This document shows, in pieces, positions 30,617-42,369 of a stretch of 64,000 nt of DNA; positions within the stretch are counted from its first letter, which is position 1, and the number at the start of each line of letters is the position of its first letter. The stretch is taken from positions 32,001 to 96,000 of IMG/VR virus record IMGVR_UViG_3300032223_001943. One strand, given 5' to 3'. A program made the translations under genes and the position numbers. Source of the stretch: a virus. The notes under the pieces are model-generated. The model was not told the origin of the DNA. It saw only the letters and a program-made list of their open reading frames with translations, and ran no database searches.

Positions 30617-31291
30617 TTAATTTTCCAAGTCGTGGGATATCCCCAAATTTATGGAATGGATTAGTTTAACATTGGAAAAACTATTATAATTAAAAATATC
30701 AATAATTGAAACCCCAAATCCATTTATCTTATAAGTCAATTTAATAGTACCATATATTAAATAATCTTTATAATTCACAAAATTCGGTTGGTAATAATAT
30801 TCAATATTCCAGTTATAATTTATTGTTTTTTTAATGATCTTTATTCTAAAAGAATTCCGCAATCGATTAATATCTTTATTTGTGGTATACTGCCACAATA
30901 TCGCATAAGAATAGTTTATCTTAACATTGGAAATAGAATCCCTTATACCATAACCAAATCCAGTTAAATGATCCAAATTTAGATTTCTGGTTAACGAATA
31001 ATTTGTTTGATAATTCAAAAAACCACTATGTTTATTTTTAGAAATACCAATTGATAGTTTATTGGATACTTCATTTTGAATTATCTTATCCGTAAATGAA
31101 ATATTCTGGTTCAAAATATTATTTACCGAAAACCATTTTTTCTGAAAACTCGTTGAATTGTTTAAGTTACCTGAATAAGTACTTGACTTATTATCATTAT
31201 AATTAAACCCAAGCGAAAAATCATTTTTAAGGTTTTGTGATAATGTTGGTACATTAAAAAATAAAAATAATAGGATCAATATTTTTTTCAT
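30617..31291 (-). CDS. Putative outer-membrane beta-barrel protein (DUF481-like)
   Basis: Signal peptide then Q; alternating aromatic beta strands; RNSFRIK, YYQP. Confidence 0.55.
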   Translation of the reverse strand: MKKILILLFLFFNVPTLSQNLKNDFSLGFNYNDNKSSTYSGNLNNSTSFQKKWFSVNNILNQNISFTDKIIQNEVSNKLSIGISKNKHSGFLNYQTNYSLTRNLNLDHLTGFGYGIRDSISNVKINYSYAILWQYTTNKDINRLRNSFRIKIIKKTINYNWNIEYYYQPNFVNYKDYLIYGTIKLTYKINGFGVSIIDIFNYNSFSNVKLIHSINLGISHDLEN

Positions 31292-31944
31292 TTTATTGTG
31301 ATTTTCAACGAATTTTTATTTATCGATATAACCTTGAATAAAGTTACCATATCAATAACTTTAACTTCCCCCGTAACATTATCACCAATCCAACAGATAT
31401 AATCATTTTTACCAAAAACCAATATCTTATAATATAAAATCGGAATTTTAACCCTGGAATTATTAAGATATGTTTTTTTTATATTATCATATATTACACC
31501 AGTAACAACAATTGCGTTCTTATTTCTTTTTTTAATTGAATCTTCCACCGATTTTTCCAATCGCATCCATCCCCCTCGATTAAACTTCCCTAGTTGGGGG
31601 GATTGATTAAATAAACTAAAAGAATGATAATTTAATGTGTCATCATACGATGTTATATTGGAGGGGGTTAAATGTCCCAAATCATATCCGGTACCTTCAT
31701 AATATTTTAACTTATATGGTCCAGTCGGTTTTTCCTTATGCCACTTATCACTACGAATACCATCCAATTTTTTAATGTTTTTAATCAATACCTTATGTAC
31801 CGATACATAACTGTTTGTGTCTTCATCCAAATATAAAGTTATATCACCATGTTTAATGGTGAATTTGGTTGATTCGATTTTAACTTTTTGGGTGAATGAA
31901 AAAAATGTAAATAATATGAAAATGGTAGTTATTAAAGATTTCAT
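31288..31944 (-). CDS. Secreted DNA/RNA non-specific endonuclease (NucA/EndoG family)
   Basis: GYDLGHL, N-x-x-PQ...FNRGGW...LE, IP...YK; signal peptide. Confidence 0.85.
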   Translation of the reverse strand: MKSLITTIFILFTFFSFTQKVKIESTKFTIKHGDITLYLDEDTNSYVSVHKVLIKNIKKLDGIRSDKWHKEKPTGPYKLKYYEGTGYDLGHLTPSNITSYDDTLNYHSFSLFNQSPQLGKFNRGGWMRLEKSVEDSIKKRNKNAIVVTGVIYDNIKKTYLNNSRVKIPILYYKILVFGKNDYICWIGDNVTGEVKVIDMVTLFKVISINKNSLKITIK

Positions 31945-32489
31945 TATTTTTCTGAATATAGAATAAATATATAATCAAACCCAAATCTTCGTTTAATGGT
32001 AATATACATGACCTCCGTGTTTTTAAGGGGGGTTTTTATTTGGTAATAATTTGTATATACTTCAGTAACCCTTGAAGATTGGAATAATTTTAGTAAGTCA
32101 TCATCGTTAATTAAAACATCGATTAATGAATTTTTACATAAACCACAATCACCTCGTACTTTATATAGAACTACATTAATTGAAGACTCTAGGGCTAATT
32201 TAATTGCTAAGTTTTCCGCGTTTTTACTTAACTGGTTTTCATTTACGTATTTTTTGGTACCATATCTTTTTGTTAATGAATCCGATATAACCATGGATAA
32301 TGAATCGTCCGTTGCGACTTCAATATAGGGTGATTCTTCCATTAGATATTGTCCATATTCACTAAAACCGTCATGTTCAATAACATATTTTCGATCGACA
32401 TATTGATATAGTTTTTGATTAATTAACTTATAATCTTGTGACAACACATTCAATGATATCGTAACAAATAAAATAAATATTTTTTTCAT
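31944..32489 (-). CDS. Secreted hypothetical protein
   Basis: Signal peptide then Q. Confidence 0.6.
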   Translation of the reverse strand: MKKIFILFVTISLNVLSQDYKLINQKLYQYVDRKYVIEHDGFSEYGQYLMEESPYIEVATDDSLSMVISDSLTKRYGTKKYVNENQLSKNAENLAIKLALESSINVVLYKVRGDCGLCKNSLIDVLINDDDLLKLFQSSRVTEVYTNYYQIKTPLKNTEVMYITIKRRFGFDYIFILYSEK

Positions 32490-32560
32490 AATTCAGTTTT
32501 TTTGAAATGATAACAATAACATTTACCAATAACAAGATATTTATATATAAAAAATATTTT

Positions 32561-33301
32561 ATGACTTATTTTAACAATTTAGGACAAGGAAGAATTGGGT
32601 GGAGATCTCCAAGTGGTGGTGGTAATTCAATTATTACCAACGGACTTATACTTAACCTAGACGCAAGTAATGCGTCATCGTATCCTGGAACGGGTACAAT
32701 ATGGACCGATTTATCTGGGAATAATAAAAATGGTACTTTGGTCACAGGAACCGGTAATCCTGGGCCAACATGGTCATCAACAAATGGTGGTATTTTTTCA
32801 TTTGATGGTATAAATGACTATTTACAAGTATATGATGTGATTACAAATGGAGGAGTTAATTTAATATCAGAATACACTATAAATGTATGGTTTAAAGAAA
32901 CTATAACTAGTAGTCGAGGACTTATAGAAACAAATGATCTAAACACCACACGTAATGGAACCCCTAATTTATATGTGGGATTATTTAATGGTAATCTAAA
33001 TACATACAATATTTCAAATGGATATAGTTCAAATATACCTTATTCTAGGAATGATTGGAATTATTTAACAATAACTAGGAAAACTGGAACAAGCACACCT
33101 GAAAATGTCTATATAAATGGTAGTTTATCCTTAACGCGTAATATAACTACCGCTAATTCAAATCGTTATTTGAATTTCGGAGTTGGATATGCCGGTTTCT
33201 TTAACGGCTACATAGGTTCTATATCCGCGTATAATAAAGCATTGACAGGTTCAGATGCACTTCAAAACTACAACGCAACAAAAACAAGATTCGGTCTATA
33301 A
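32561..33301 (+). CDS. LamG/concanavalin-like domain virion protein
   Basis: GLILNLDASN-SYPGTG-WTDLSG...FDGINDY...YNKAL...NYNATKTRFGL. Confidence 0.8.
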   Translation: MTYFNNLGQGRIGWRSPSGGGNSIITNGLILNLDASNASSYPGTGTIWTDLSGNNKNGTLVTGTGNPGPTWSSTNGGIFSFDGINDYLQVYDVITNGGVNLISEYTINVWFKETITSSRGLIETNDLNTTRNGTPNLYVGLFNGNLNTYNISNGYSSNIPYSRNDWNYLTITRKTGTSTPENVYINGSLSLTRNITTANSNRYLNFGVGYAGFFNGYIGSISAYNKALTGSDALQNYNATKTRFGL

Positions 33302-33321
33302 CCCACTAAACTATACACACT

Positions 33322-33552
33322 ATGGAATATAATACTAATACATACATCACAATAGCACACACAACATGTGAAGCATTGGGTCTTGATGGTAACTACCGCA
33401 TGAATAACGAACAAACAATTTGTATATTGGAGTTTGGTGAAGGTGAAACAATACCACAAGACATACAAGACAACTTAATCGACACTTACACACACCAAGA
33501 AGCGCTTGAATTAGTTGATGGTACAGAGTGGGTTACTGAATTGCCACTATAA
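33322..33552 (+). CDS. Small acidic protein, possible fibre-associated chaperone
   Basis: Follows the LamG gene; YTHQEAL...EW tail. Confidence 0.5.
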   Translation: MEYNTNTYITIAHTTCEALGLDGNYRMNNEQTICILEFGEGETIPQDIQDNLIDTYTHQEALELVDGTEWVTELPL

Positions 33553-34553
33553 AAATTAAAAAAAAACAATAAAAACCCCATTCTTAATAAGTTTGGGGTT
33601 TTTTCATATAAAGAATTTAGGATCACGTAGTGGGTGGATATATTTCCCATTCAAGCTATATCTAAAACATAATATATCGGTCATAGCACAACTAATTGTT
33701 TGGAAATGTTCATATAGGTCAAGATAATTAACATCATTCTCGGTTTGGATGTCAATTAAATATTGTGGAATATCCTTACAATCGAATTTTCCCTCGGAAT
33801 TAATATTAAAACTCGATAAAAGACCATTAAATTCGATTATAATCCGAACATTATACTGTTGTTCCAGACCCAATTTAATCTTGTTTAAGAATTTATGATA
33901 TGTTTTAACATTATCCATACCTTAATATTAAAATATTTTTTATAAAAAACCAAAATTGTTTTTAGATAATTTTTTTTTATATTTAGATCATGAACTTATC
34001 CGAAGAAATATCATTATTATTCAAAATTCTAAATAAGAATTTCTGTTTAACCAAATTTCCGGTTGAAGTTGAGAATATTAGTTTTTTAGTTTGTGATAAT
34101 AATCATTACGATGAATCATCCAATTCAATCACCAGGTTGTTAAGAAATTCTTTACCAAAAAATATTAAACCTAGATTGTTTGTTGAGTTTAAATTAAAAG
34201 GGTCAAACATAATGATTCCTGGTTTTTTAACCCCCCTATTTTACGAAACGTTAATAGAATTGATTAAATGTTTAGGATTTTTTGAACTATTGAAGTCGAT
34301 TGATCTTAATATTGAATTAAAATAGAATACCAGTATATTTATAAATATAGAAAATTGAATATGGACAACAACTCAAAGGCTCGCATATATGGTGAGTTAT
34401 TAAATGAACACACGCGGATTGGGAATATGATTTCCGAAATCAATGCTCAAGATTTTGAGTTAAACCAAGATCAAAAACAACAGATTAGAATTCTACAAAA
34501 TAGACAAATTGAATTGATGAAGTCAATTAATAAATTATTTAGTATGTAATATA

Positions 34554-35093
34554 ATGAAGGTTGTCATTTTAGAAAATCAAAAAAAAGACGCGATATTTAG
34601 ATATTTCGATATGATTAAGAAGTCTGGTGAATTCCCTACAATTAAACCATTTTTGGATATGTTTGGTGTTAATCGATGGGACTATGATGAATATTTCCAA
34701 ATGATGGTTGATTATCATGGTGGTTTTGAAAATGCGGTTGAATTATCCAAAAAAATTGCGCTGGATCTAAAAGACGTTCCTTTTGAAAGTAGTATTGGTG
34801 ATGGGAATTTATTTTTCACTGTCACTAGAACTAGTTTAGCCCACCGTGAATTGGCAATTGAAGTTGATTGTTATGGTGAGTTATTTAATATGGAAATTTA
34901 TAATGAAGAAGAAGACCAGAATGAAGTCGTTGAACGAATAAGTTTAAGTGATTATTATGATTTATGGTCAGATATTTCCGAGGATCAAGAAGTTCGTGAT
35001 ATAATTAGTTCGGACATTACCGATGTTTTAGTTAAAGAAATAACTTATAAAACAGGTGTTGAGTGTTATATTGATTATATCCACTTCACTTAA
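34554..35093 (+). CDS. Hypothetical protein with VVILENQ leader
   Basis: Leader motif. Confidence 0.6.
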   Translation: MKVVILENQKKDAIFRYFDMIKKSGEFPTIKPFLDMFGVNRWDYDEYFQMMVDYHGGFENAVELSKKIALDLKDVPFESSIGDGNLFFTVTRTSLAHRELAIEVDCYGELFNMEIYNEEEDQNEVVERISLSDYYDLWSDISEDQEVRDIISSDITDVLVKEITYKTGVECYIDYIHFT

Positions 35094-35455
35094 AAATAAT
35101 AATTGAATATTTCACAATCTTTATTTAATTCATTTAATAAAGGAAAACCAATATCGCCAATGGAATTATCGTTGATATGTGAAATATGTAGTTCAGTGAA
35201 TAATTTACAGTATTTTTCGTAGGTCTTCTTCCCTCCAATGCACCAATTAACATCCAATATAAATTCTTCTCGTTTATCAATAACTAATTTTCGGTTTTTT
35301 AACACCGGTAAACCTTGAAAGCTGTTGTATCCAACCAATAAAGTTTGATTCAATGTTAGTTCCTTGAAGTGATTTAGATCTTCTTTATTATTCCAGAGTA
35401 GTTTATCACCCAAACCAATGAACCCCAAATTATTTACGGCGATTATTCCACGCAT
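35090..35455 (-). CDS. folA: Dihydrofolate reductase (short)
   Basis: IG...LLW...DLNHFK, VG...LKNR, IGG, ELHISHI. Confidence 0.8.
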   Translation of the reverse strand: MRGIIAVNNLGFIGLGDKLLWNNKEDLNHFKELTLNQTLLVGYNSFQGLPVLKNRKLVIDKREEFILDVNWCIGGKKTYEKYCKLFTELHISHINDNSIGDIGFPLLNELNKDCEIFNYYF

Positions 35456-35958
35456 ATTGATTTTATTAAAAAGATAACCTAAACTATTTATAAATATATA
35501 TCAAACATGGAAGATAATTCAAAAGAAATCGAGGAAATACAAAACTTATTGAAGTTTTACGAAAAATTGGGTGAGTCCAATAAGTTTATTGTTGCTTATA
35601 TTAATGAACTCAATAAACGACTTGAAATTTTGACTAATCCAGAAGAAAATATCGAAGAAACTAATCAATAAAAAAAGTTTTTTTCTATATTTGTAGAATG
35701 AAAACAAATTATTCTATTATTAAAAACGAAATTAAGGGTCAAAATACGACCTTTTCACGATATTTTATCACCAGGAACTACCGGTTTTTAGGTTTAATAA
35801 AATTTACCCGATATATAAAAACAACCTACCGAATTGATAATTTTCAGTTCAAGGAATATGTTATGTTCCAATCCAAAGAACAAGCTGAAAAATTTATTCA
35901 AAAAATCAATCAAAATCCAAATTAATTTAGTTATATTTACCTTATAAAACGATTAGTC

Positions 35959-36255
35959 ATGAACTTCAGAACACACAATGATGAATTCATTAATGTAAGT
36001 GGAACATCATATAAAGGAGAAATAAAAACAACTTATAAGAAGTTGGTTAATGTATTTGGTGAACCTGGTAAAAATAGTGGTGACGGTAAAACAGATGTTA
36101 ACTGGAAGATTGAATTCGATAATGGTGATGTAGCCAATATCTATAACTATAAAAATGGTTTGAAATATGGTAACCCAAATATTGAATCAATAACCGAGTG
36201 GAATATTGGTGGATATAAATCATCCGTTGTTAAATTAATTGAAGAATTGTTATGA
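35959..36255 (+). CDS. Conserved phage hypothetical protein
   Basis: FGEP...DGK...W...IYNYK...WNIGG. Confidence 0.65.
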   Translation: MNFRTHNDEFINVSGTSYKGEIKTTYKKLVNVFGEPGKNSGDGKTDVNWKIEFDNGDVANIYNYKNGLKYGNPNIESITEWNIGGYKSSVVKLIEELL

Positions 36256-36559
36256 AAAACTTGATTTTGATCTTACTGTTATTTTCATGTACCCCCCACT
36301 TGGCGGATAAAAGAAAATTATGTATCGTTACAGAAGTTACGGAAGTTAACGAACCGACAATAACTGAATTTAATACCAAATATACGGTAACCACGGATTG
36401 TGGCGTTAGAATAACAACCAAAAAAAAATTTAATGTTTGTGATACGTTAATTATGATCACTAGATGAAAAAGTTAATATTAAAAATTGCATTATGGTTAT
36501 CATATAAGTTGTCCAAGAAAAAAAGAAAAAGTATCTGGGAATTATAATAAATATATATT

Positions 36560-36961
36560 ATGTTAAAAGAAAAGATAAACGCCGATTTTATAACGGCAAT
36601 GAAAAACAAGGAACAAGTTAAAAAGAATCTATTATCCGTGATCCGTGGCGAAATTCAGACAATGGAAAAAAATAATGGTATTGATACTCTATCGGATGAT
36701 GATATAACGAACATCTTAAATAAGATTGCCAAATCACTACGTGAATCTATTAAAACTTCCCCAACGGATGAATTAAATGAAGAATTAACAATTGTTGAAT
36801 CTTATTTACCGAAACAAATGACTCAAGAAGAAATCACAATTATTGTTAGACAGTTAATTGAAGAAAAAGACTTAAATATCGCCGAAGTTATGCGTCATTT
36901 TGGAAACCTACCGGCGGATCGTAAAGAAGTGTCTTCAATTTATCATTCATTAAAAAAATAA
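36560..36961 (+). CDS. GatB/YqeY domain protein
   Basis: LKEKINADFITAMK...E...YLPKQM. Confidence 0.8.
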   Translation: MLKEKINADFITAMKNKEQVKKNLLSVIRGEIQTMEKNNGIDTLSDDDITNILNKIAKSLRESIKTSPTDELNEELTIVESYLPKQMTQEEITIIVRQLIEEKDLNIAEVMRHFGNLPADRKEVSSIYHSLKK

Positions 36962-37741
36962 AACAATGAAAAAAACTAGTGAAGAAATTAAAAAGGAAGA
37001 ATTGGATCGAACAAAAGATTTTACCAAAAGACAAATGAATATATATGTTCGAACCATAAAACTAATTAGATTTTTTTTCTTGGAAAAAGTTTTGTGGTTT
37101 ATTTCAATAATCCCCTTCGTTATCATTCCTTCACTTGCGGTTTATTTTGGTTTTTTTGATTTTGATATTACAACAATTTTAATTATACTAACAACACATT
37201 TATTATATTGGAAGTTTTACGGTAAAAAAGAAACGGATATATTAATTAATGAAACAACCCCAGAATTGGATCAATTAATCCTAATACTAGAAGAAATTAG
37301 AAATGAACGATTTTACTAAATTAAACGAATTGGCCGAAAAATTGAAGGATTTCTATAAAACCCCTGAAGGTGAACTATATATCCTAAAAGTTCGAAAAAA
37401 GTTTGAAATCTACAATGATCGAAAAAAAAGATTATGGGTATATCTAGAATCATTATCCGATGAAACGTTTGAAGAATTAATTCAAAAATTCATAAAATGG
37501 GAAAATGATTTTGAAGAACAAGAAAATGAAAAACATAGGATAAAATCATCCAACTTATTTAATATCATTGTTGATACCATATTCTTATATTCACCCCCAT
37601 GTGAAGATGACACCATGTTTTTTGGTGGAGGTTCAACATATAGAGGATATCAATTAAAAGTGTTTGTTGGTCAAGGTTCGTTTTACACCATCGAAAAAAA
37701 TGATGAACGAATATTTGTTTCGACTTAAAAAAAATATTAAT

Positions 37742-39349
37742 ATGGCAAAACAAGAAGAAAAAACCCAACGATTATTAAAGGAAACATCCGAAATTATTGA
37801 TCCGATCACCCAGGAAATTTATTCCATGTGGTTCAACAATAATTCAACCGAATATATCATAAATGTTGGTCCAACAAATTCGGGAAAAACACATAAGGCG
37901 GTGGATGAATTAATGAAATCTGGGGATGGGGTTTATTTATCCCCATTAAGACTACTTGCGTTTGAAAATTATGAAAAAATAAATGAACTGGGATACCCTT
38001 GTGATCTATTTACGGGGGAAGATAAGGTTATTAATGGTTCATCAATATCTTCCAGAACAACGGAAATGATGGATTATAAGAATGAATATGATGTTGTGAT
38101 CCTGGATGAATGTTTTTTAATTGGGGATGTTAATCGTGGGAAGTCCTGGTTAAAAGTTATCCTTGAAGCAAAATGTAAAAAGATGTTTTTAATAACTTCC
38201 AATGAAGGGTTATATATCTTGGAAGAAATACTAACAAAATTAAATAGAAAATACGCAATCAATCAATTTACAAGATTAACCCCATTAACATTTTCAGATA
38301 AAAAATATAATATAAAGAAGATCAAACCAAAAACTGTCTTTATTACCTTCTCAAGGGTGGAAGTCCTTCTTAAAAAGGCGATGTTGGAAGAAAATGGTCA
38401 TAATGTATCGGTATTATATGGTAACCTACCCCCAGAAGTCAAAAAACAACAAATAAAGAAATTTATAACCGGTGAAACCGATGTTTGCGTATCCACGGAT
38501 GTTATTGGAATGGGAGTTAACCTCCCTTGTGATAATGTTTGTTTCTTGACCAATCAAAAGTTTGATGGTGTTGAAGTTCGAGAATTAACACCAACGGAAA
38601 TTAAACAAATTGGTGGTAGGGCCGGAAGATATGGTTTTAGTGAAGAAGGGACAATCCATTGTCATGGGTTTTCAAGTGCCAGTTTCATAAAGAAATTTAA
38701 CGAACCCGCCGAAGATATTAAACGAGCGTACCTTCCAATAAACATCGATATCGTATCAAAACTACCCCAAAAAACATTATATGGGAAATTGTCGTTTTAT
38801 GATAAATTGGATTTAACTCCAGATACCCTTAAACATATCATATCCCCAGAACAAACGGATAATTATCTGGAATTGTTGGGAAAAAATCAAACGTTAGAGA
38901 AACTGGATATTTATATCGCCTGGAGGTTATTAAATTTACCGGTAACGGAATCAAACCTTCAATATTGGACCGTTATCACCGAACGTGTTTATCATGAACA
39001 ACCGGTAATATATAGAACAAATAAGATAACCAAACCAAAAGATACCTACCAACTAAAATCGGTGGAAGATGAACTTAAACGTGTTGATCTATTTCTTAAC
39101 TTCACAAATGTGTTTGATTTCCAAAACCTGGTGAATCAAGATAACATTGAACTGGTTAAAGAATATAAAAACCAATTAATTAACGTAATTACCGACTTTT
39201 TATTGGATAAAAAATTGTCAAACAAAAAATTATGTGTAACTTGTGGTAAAAATGTTGGTCTATCTTGGGAACATAAGGAATGTAAATCTTGTTTTAAGGG
39301 GGGTAGGTTCAATAATTTTGACTTTAACGATGAAGATTATTATCTTTAA
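37742..39349 (+). CDS. Suv3-like SF2 helicase with C-terminal CxxC-CxxC
   Basis: GPTNSGKT, PLRLLA, ILDE, RLTPL, YGNLPPE, TDVIGMGVN, QIGGRAGRYG. Confidence 0.88.
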   Translation: MAKQEEKTQRLLKETSEIIDPITQEIYSMWFNNNSTEYIINVGPTNSGKTHKAVDELMKSGDGVYLSPLRLLAFENYEKINELGYPCDLFTGEDKVINGSSISSRTTEMMDYKNEYDVVILDECFLIGDVNRGKSWLKVILEAKCKKMFLITSNEGLYILEEILTKLNRKYAINQFTRLTPLTFSDKKYNIKKIKPKTVFITFSRVEVLLKKAMLEENGHNVSVLYGNLPPEVKKQQIKKFITGETDVCVSTDVIGMGVNLPCDNVCFLTNQKFDGVEVRELTPTEIKQIGGRAGRYGFSEEGTIHCHGFSSASFIKKFNEPAEDIKRAYLPINIDIVSKLPQKTLYGKLSFYDKLDLTPDTLKHIISPEQTDNYLELLGKNQTLEKLDIYIAWRLLNLPVTESNLQYWTVITERVYHEQPVIYRTNKITKPKDTYQLKSVEDELKRVDLFLNFTNVFDFQNLVNQDNIELVKEYKNQLINVITDFLLDKKLSNKKLCVTCGKNVGLSWEHKECKSCFKGGRFNNFDFNDEDYYL

Positions 39350-39378
39350 TTAAAAAAACGTTTAGAAATAAATTAACC

Positions 39379-40089
39379 ATGGATAATGATATTATAAAAC
39401 GAGCGTTTGAACGTATCGACAAATTAAGAGCGGAAGGTAAACTACCCCAAATTGATCCAAATGATTGGGAAAATGAACCAACTGCTTTAGCCTACACACC
39501 AGATGATAAATTTTATTTTGGTTCTAATATGTACACCGAGGGGGAAGTAGATAATATCGTTTATACTTTAATTGATAAATTCTTAAAATATAACGGTTCA
39601 TATTCCGATAACGAGGAATTAAAAAAATTATATCAACAAATTAAAAATAAAATGAATATAGCCGAAACGTTTGAAGGTCCCGCACATAATTTGGTTTGGA
39701 CGAATCACTTCAATGAAATTATTGATGATGTTTATAAGAAGTATATCAAGGACTCTGAGGGGTTCTCTACATTAGAACAAGTAGAGTACGGAGAATGTAC
39801 TTATAGTGCTTCGGGAATGTCTTTTAGACCATTTTCAATTGAAGGATTCATCATCAAAATCAAAACGGATGATGGGTTTTCTAAGAAGTGGGGGGTTAAA
39901 ATAACTGAACGTGAATTAACATTGGAGGAACGATATAATAAATGGTTCAATAATAACTACGAAACTGGTATGGAACGATATTTTGACCCAAATAATCTAC
40001 CAGATTTTGATAATGATTATTATGAACCAACTCCAACTAAAGAAATGACTTTAGAATATAAAGAAGAAATATTTAGTTATTATGAATAA
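39379..40089 (+). CDS. Hypothetical protein
   Basis: ORF in operon. Confidence 0.55.
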   Translation: MDNDIIKRAFERIDKLRAEGKLPQIDPNDWENEPTALAYTPDDKFYFGSNMYTEGEVDNIVYTLIDKFLKYNGSYSDNEELKKLYQQIKNKMNIAETFEGPAHNLVWTNHFNEIIDDVYKKYIKDSEGFSTLEQVEYGECTYSASGMSFRPFSIEGFIIKIKTDDGFSKKWGVKITERELTLEERYNKWFNNNYETGMERYFDPNNLPDFDNDYYEPTPTKEMTLEYKEEIFSYYE

Positions 40090-40912
40090 GGCGGATAAAT
40101 ACTACCTGGACAACATAAATAAAATTATGAATGAAGGATCATGGGATGAAAACCCCAGACCAAAATATCATGATGGGACACCCGCTTATTCAAAATTTAT
40201 TACACAAGTATTCGAAGAATATGATATCACAAAAGGAGAATTTCCAATTATTACCTTGAGAAATACCGCAATAAAAACCGGAATTAAGGAAATATTATGG
40301 ATTTATCAAAAACAAACATCTTCACTTAAGGTTGCCCGTGAAATGGGGATTAATTGGTGGGATGATTGGAACATTGGGGATGATACAATAGGTGTTAGGT
40401 ATGGTGAAACAGTTAGGAAGTACGATTTAATGAATAAGTTATTAAATGGTCTTAAAAATGATCCATTCGGTAGAAGACACATCATTAATTTATACCAATA
40501 TTCGGATTTGGAAGAAAGTCAAGGTTTACATCCTTGTGCTTATGAAACATTATGGTCGGTTAGAAAGATAAATGATGAATTATACCTAGATTTAACCCTA
40601 ACGCAAAGATCGTCAGATTATTTAACCGCGAACACGATAAACAAGGGACAATACCTGGCATTACAAATGATGGTCGCTGGTCATTGTGGTTATAAAGTGG
40701 GTAAATTTTGTCATTTGGTTCAAAACATTCATATCTACGACAGACACTTCAACGCGGTTGAAGAAATATTGGAAAAAACACCATTAAATGACAAACCATA
40801 TTTTGAATTAGTTGAAAATAAAGATTTTTATGATTACACTATTGATGACTTCAAGATATATAACATTGAAAATATAAAAAAAATAAATTCAAAATTAGAA
40901 TTGGCGATATGA
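40082..40912 (+). CDS. thyA: Thymidylate synthase
   Basis: GRRHII, LHPC, QRSSD, HIYDRH, terminal LAI. Confidence 0.92.
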   Translation: MNKADKYYLDNINKIMNEGSWDENPRPKYHDGTPAYSKFITQVFEEYDITKGEFPIITLRNTAIKTGIKEILWIYQKQTSSLKVAREMGINWWDDWNIGDDTIGVRYGETVRKYDLMNKLLNGLKNDPFGRRHIINLYQYSDLEESQGLHPCAYETLWSVRKINDELYLDLTLTQRSSDYLTANTINKGQYLALQMMVAGHCGYKVGKFCHLVQNIHIYDRHFNAVEEILEKTPLNDKPYFELVENKDFYDYTIDDFKIYNIENIKKINSKLELAI

Positions 40913-41469
40913 AAACGACTCAAGATAAAATTATAACAAAAGAAGAAATTCAAGAAATTGAAAGATTAACTGGGGGGATGATTGGTGTTCACACCTTCGG
41001 TCCGAATAATGAATCTACTTTAACAAATTCATTTTTATCAAAAAAAGGTGATTATGTTGGTGGTATCGATGAAGCAAGATGGTACGTTAAAAACAATTTA
41101 ATGGTTGATGAACAACATCCCCACGGTGTTGCAGCGTTAATCACTGAAGATACTTATGGTACAGATAATCCAATTATAGAAGGAATGTACGGTTACACCC
41201 ACCGTGGTGGTCAATTATTTAAGATTGGTGATCGTTTATTTGATAGGGGTTATAAACCAACAAAAGAAGATTATCCGGAAGATGAATGGAATGAATATCA
41301 AGAAAAATTTAACAATTTATACGAAGAATCTGACGATATAAGTCGAGATTGGATGGATCGCGACGGAATATCTTATGTAATACCTTTTAAGTTGAGGGGA
41401 AAAAAGATTATTGAAAATATGGAAGATGCTTTTGAAGCTGCTAAAAATATATCGAATTATTTATCATGA
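40909..41469 (+). CDS. Hypothetical protein
   Basis: YGYTHRG...FKIGD motif. Confidence 0.6.
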   Translation: MKTTQDKIITKEEIQEIERLTGGMIGVHTFGPNNESTLTNSFLSKKGDYVGGIDEARWYVKNNLMVDEQHPHGVAALITEDTYGTDNPIIEGMYGYTHRGGQLFKIGDRLFDRGYKPTKEDYPEDEWNEYQEKFNNLYEESDDISRDWMDRDGISYVIPFKLRGKKIIENMEDAFEAAKNISNYLS

Positions 41470-41961
41470 AAAAACTTAACATAAGATTTCCAAATGAATG
41501 TTTTTTCGAAGAAATATCCTTAAATTTGGATGAATTCCAACCAGTAAACGAGTTTGAAGAAGAAGTTTTTGGTTGGTACAATGAAACCTACATATCAATT
41601 AAAAAAGATGACAGTTATAGAACAAATATTAGAGAAATTCAACCAGCATAAAGGTGAATTTGTTATACTTAATGGAAAACTATTTAGATTAGTTGCAGTA
41701 GGTGACGATAGTGATGATTATTATTGGGTGGTTTACGATGGTAGAAAAGTATTCTGGCATTCTTGTGTCGGATCGTTCGTTGTCTTAAAAAATAAAATTG
41801 ACGACAAGGACTACAATGAATTCATACGACTAGCCAAAATTAATCATTTTGACCAAGAAGATTTTTTAATACCTTCAACGGAAGAAGACAAGGAATATAC
41901 TAGAAAACATTCCATTGACCATAAGCAAAAAATGGAAGAAGTTAACGGAAATGATAAGTAC

Positions 41962-42369
41962 TTAACCGATTTTTGTTGGACTATCAACTAATAACTTATC
42001 AAAACATAAGGTAAAAGTTAATCCGTATAAAATTCTAGCGATAACAACAAATAATAATACCATCAATGGTTTATGACCAATTGCGATTAGTGGTAAACCA
42101 ATGAACAGTGATGTATTTCTGAAAAACTTAAATAAGTGCCAAGCGTCAGTTGTGAATACAAATAGGGTTGAAGATCCGATAAACTTCTCGGTTTTAAGAT
42201 CTTCCTTCCATTTGTTTTTCCATGATTCAATTGGATTCCAAAACAATTGATTATATTTTGGATTCTTAAATATCGATTTGTCATAATGGAATTGAAGTTT
42301 ATCCATAATTGACTCGGATACCGCAGCGAAGGTTATTAATAAAAAACCAAGGATTGTTAATATAATCAT
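41962..42369 (-). CDS. Membrane protein
   Basis: SWKNKW...TDAWHLFK motif with TM segments. Confidence 0.65.
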   Translation of the reverse strand: MIILTILGFLLITFAAVSESIMDKLQFHYDKSIFKNPKYNQLFWNPIESWKNKWKEDLKTEKFIGSSTLFVFTTDAWHLFKFFRNTSLFIGLPLIAIGHKPLMVLLFVVIARILYGLTFTLCFDKLLVDSPTKIG

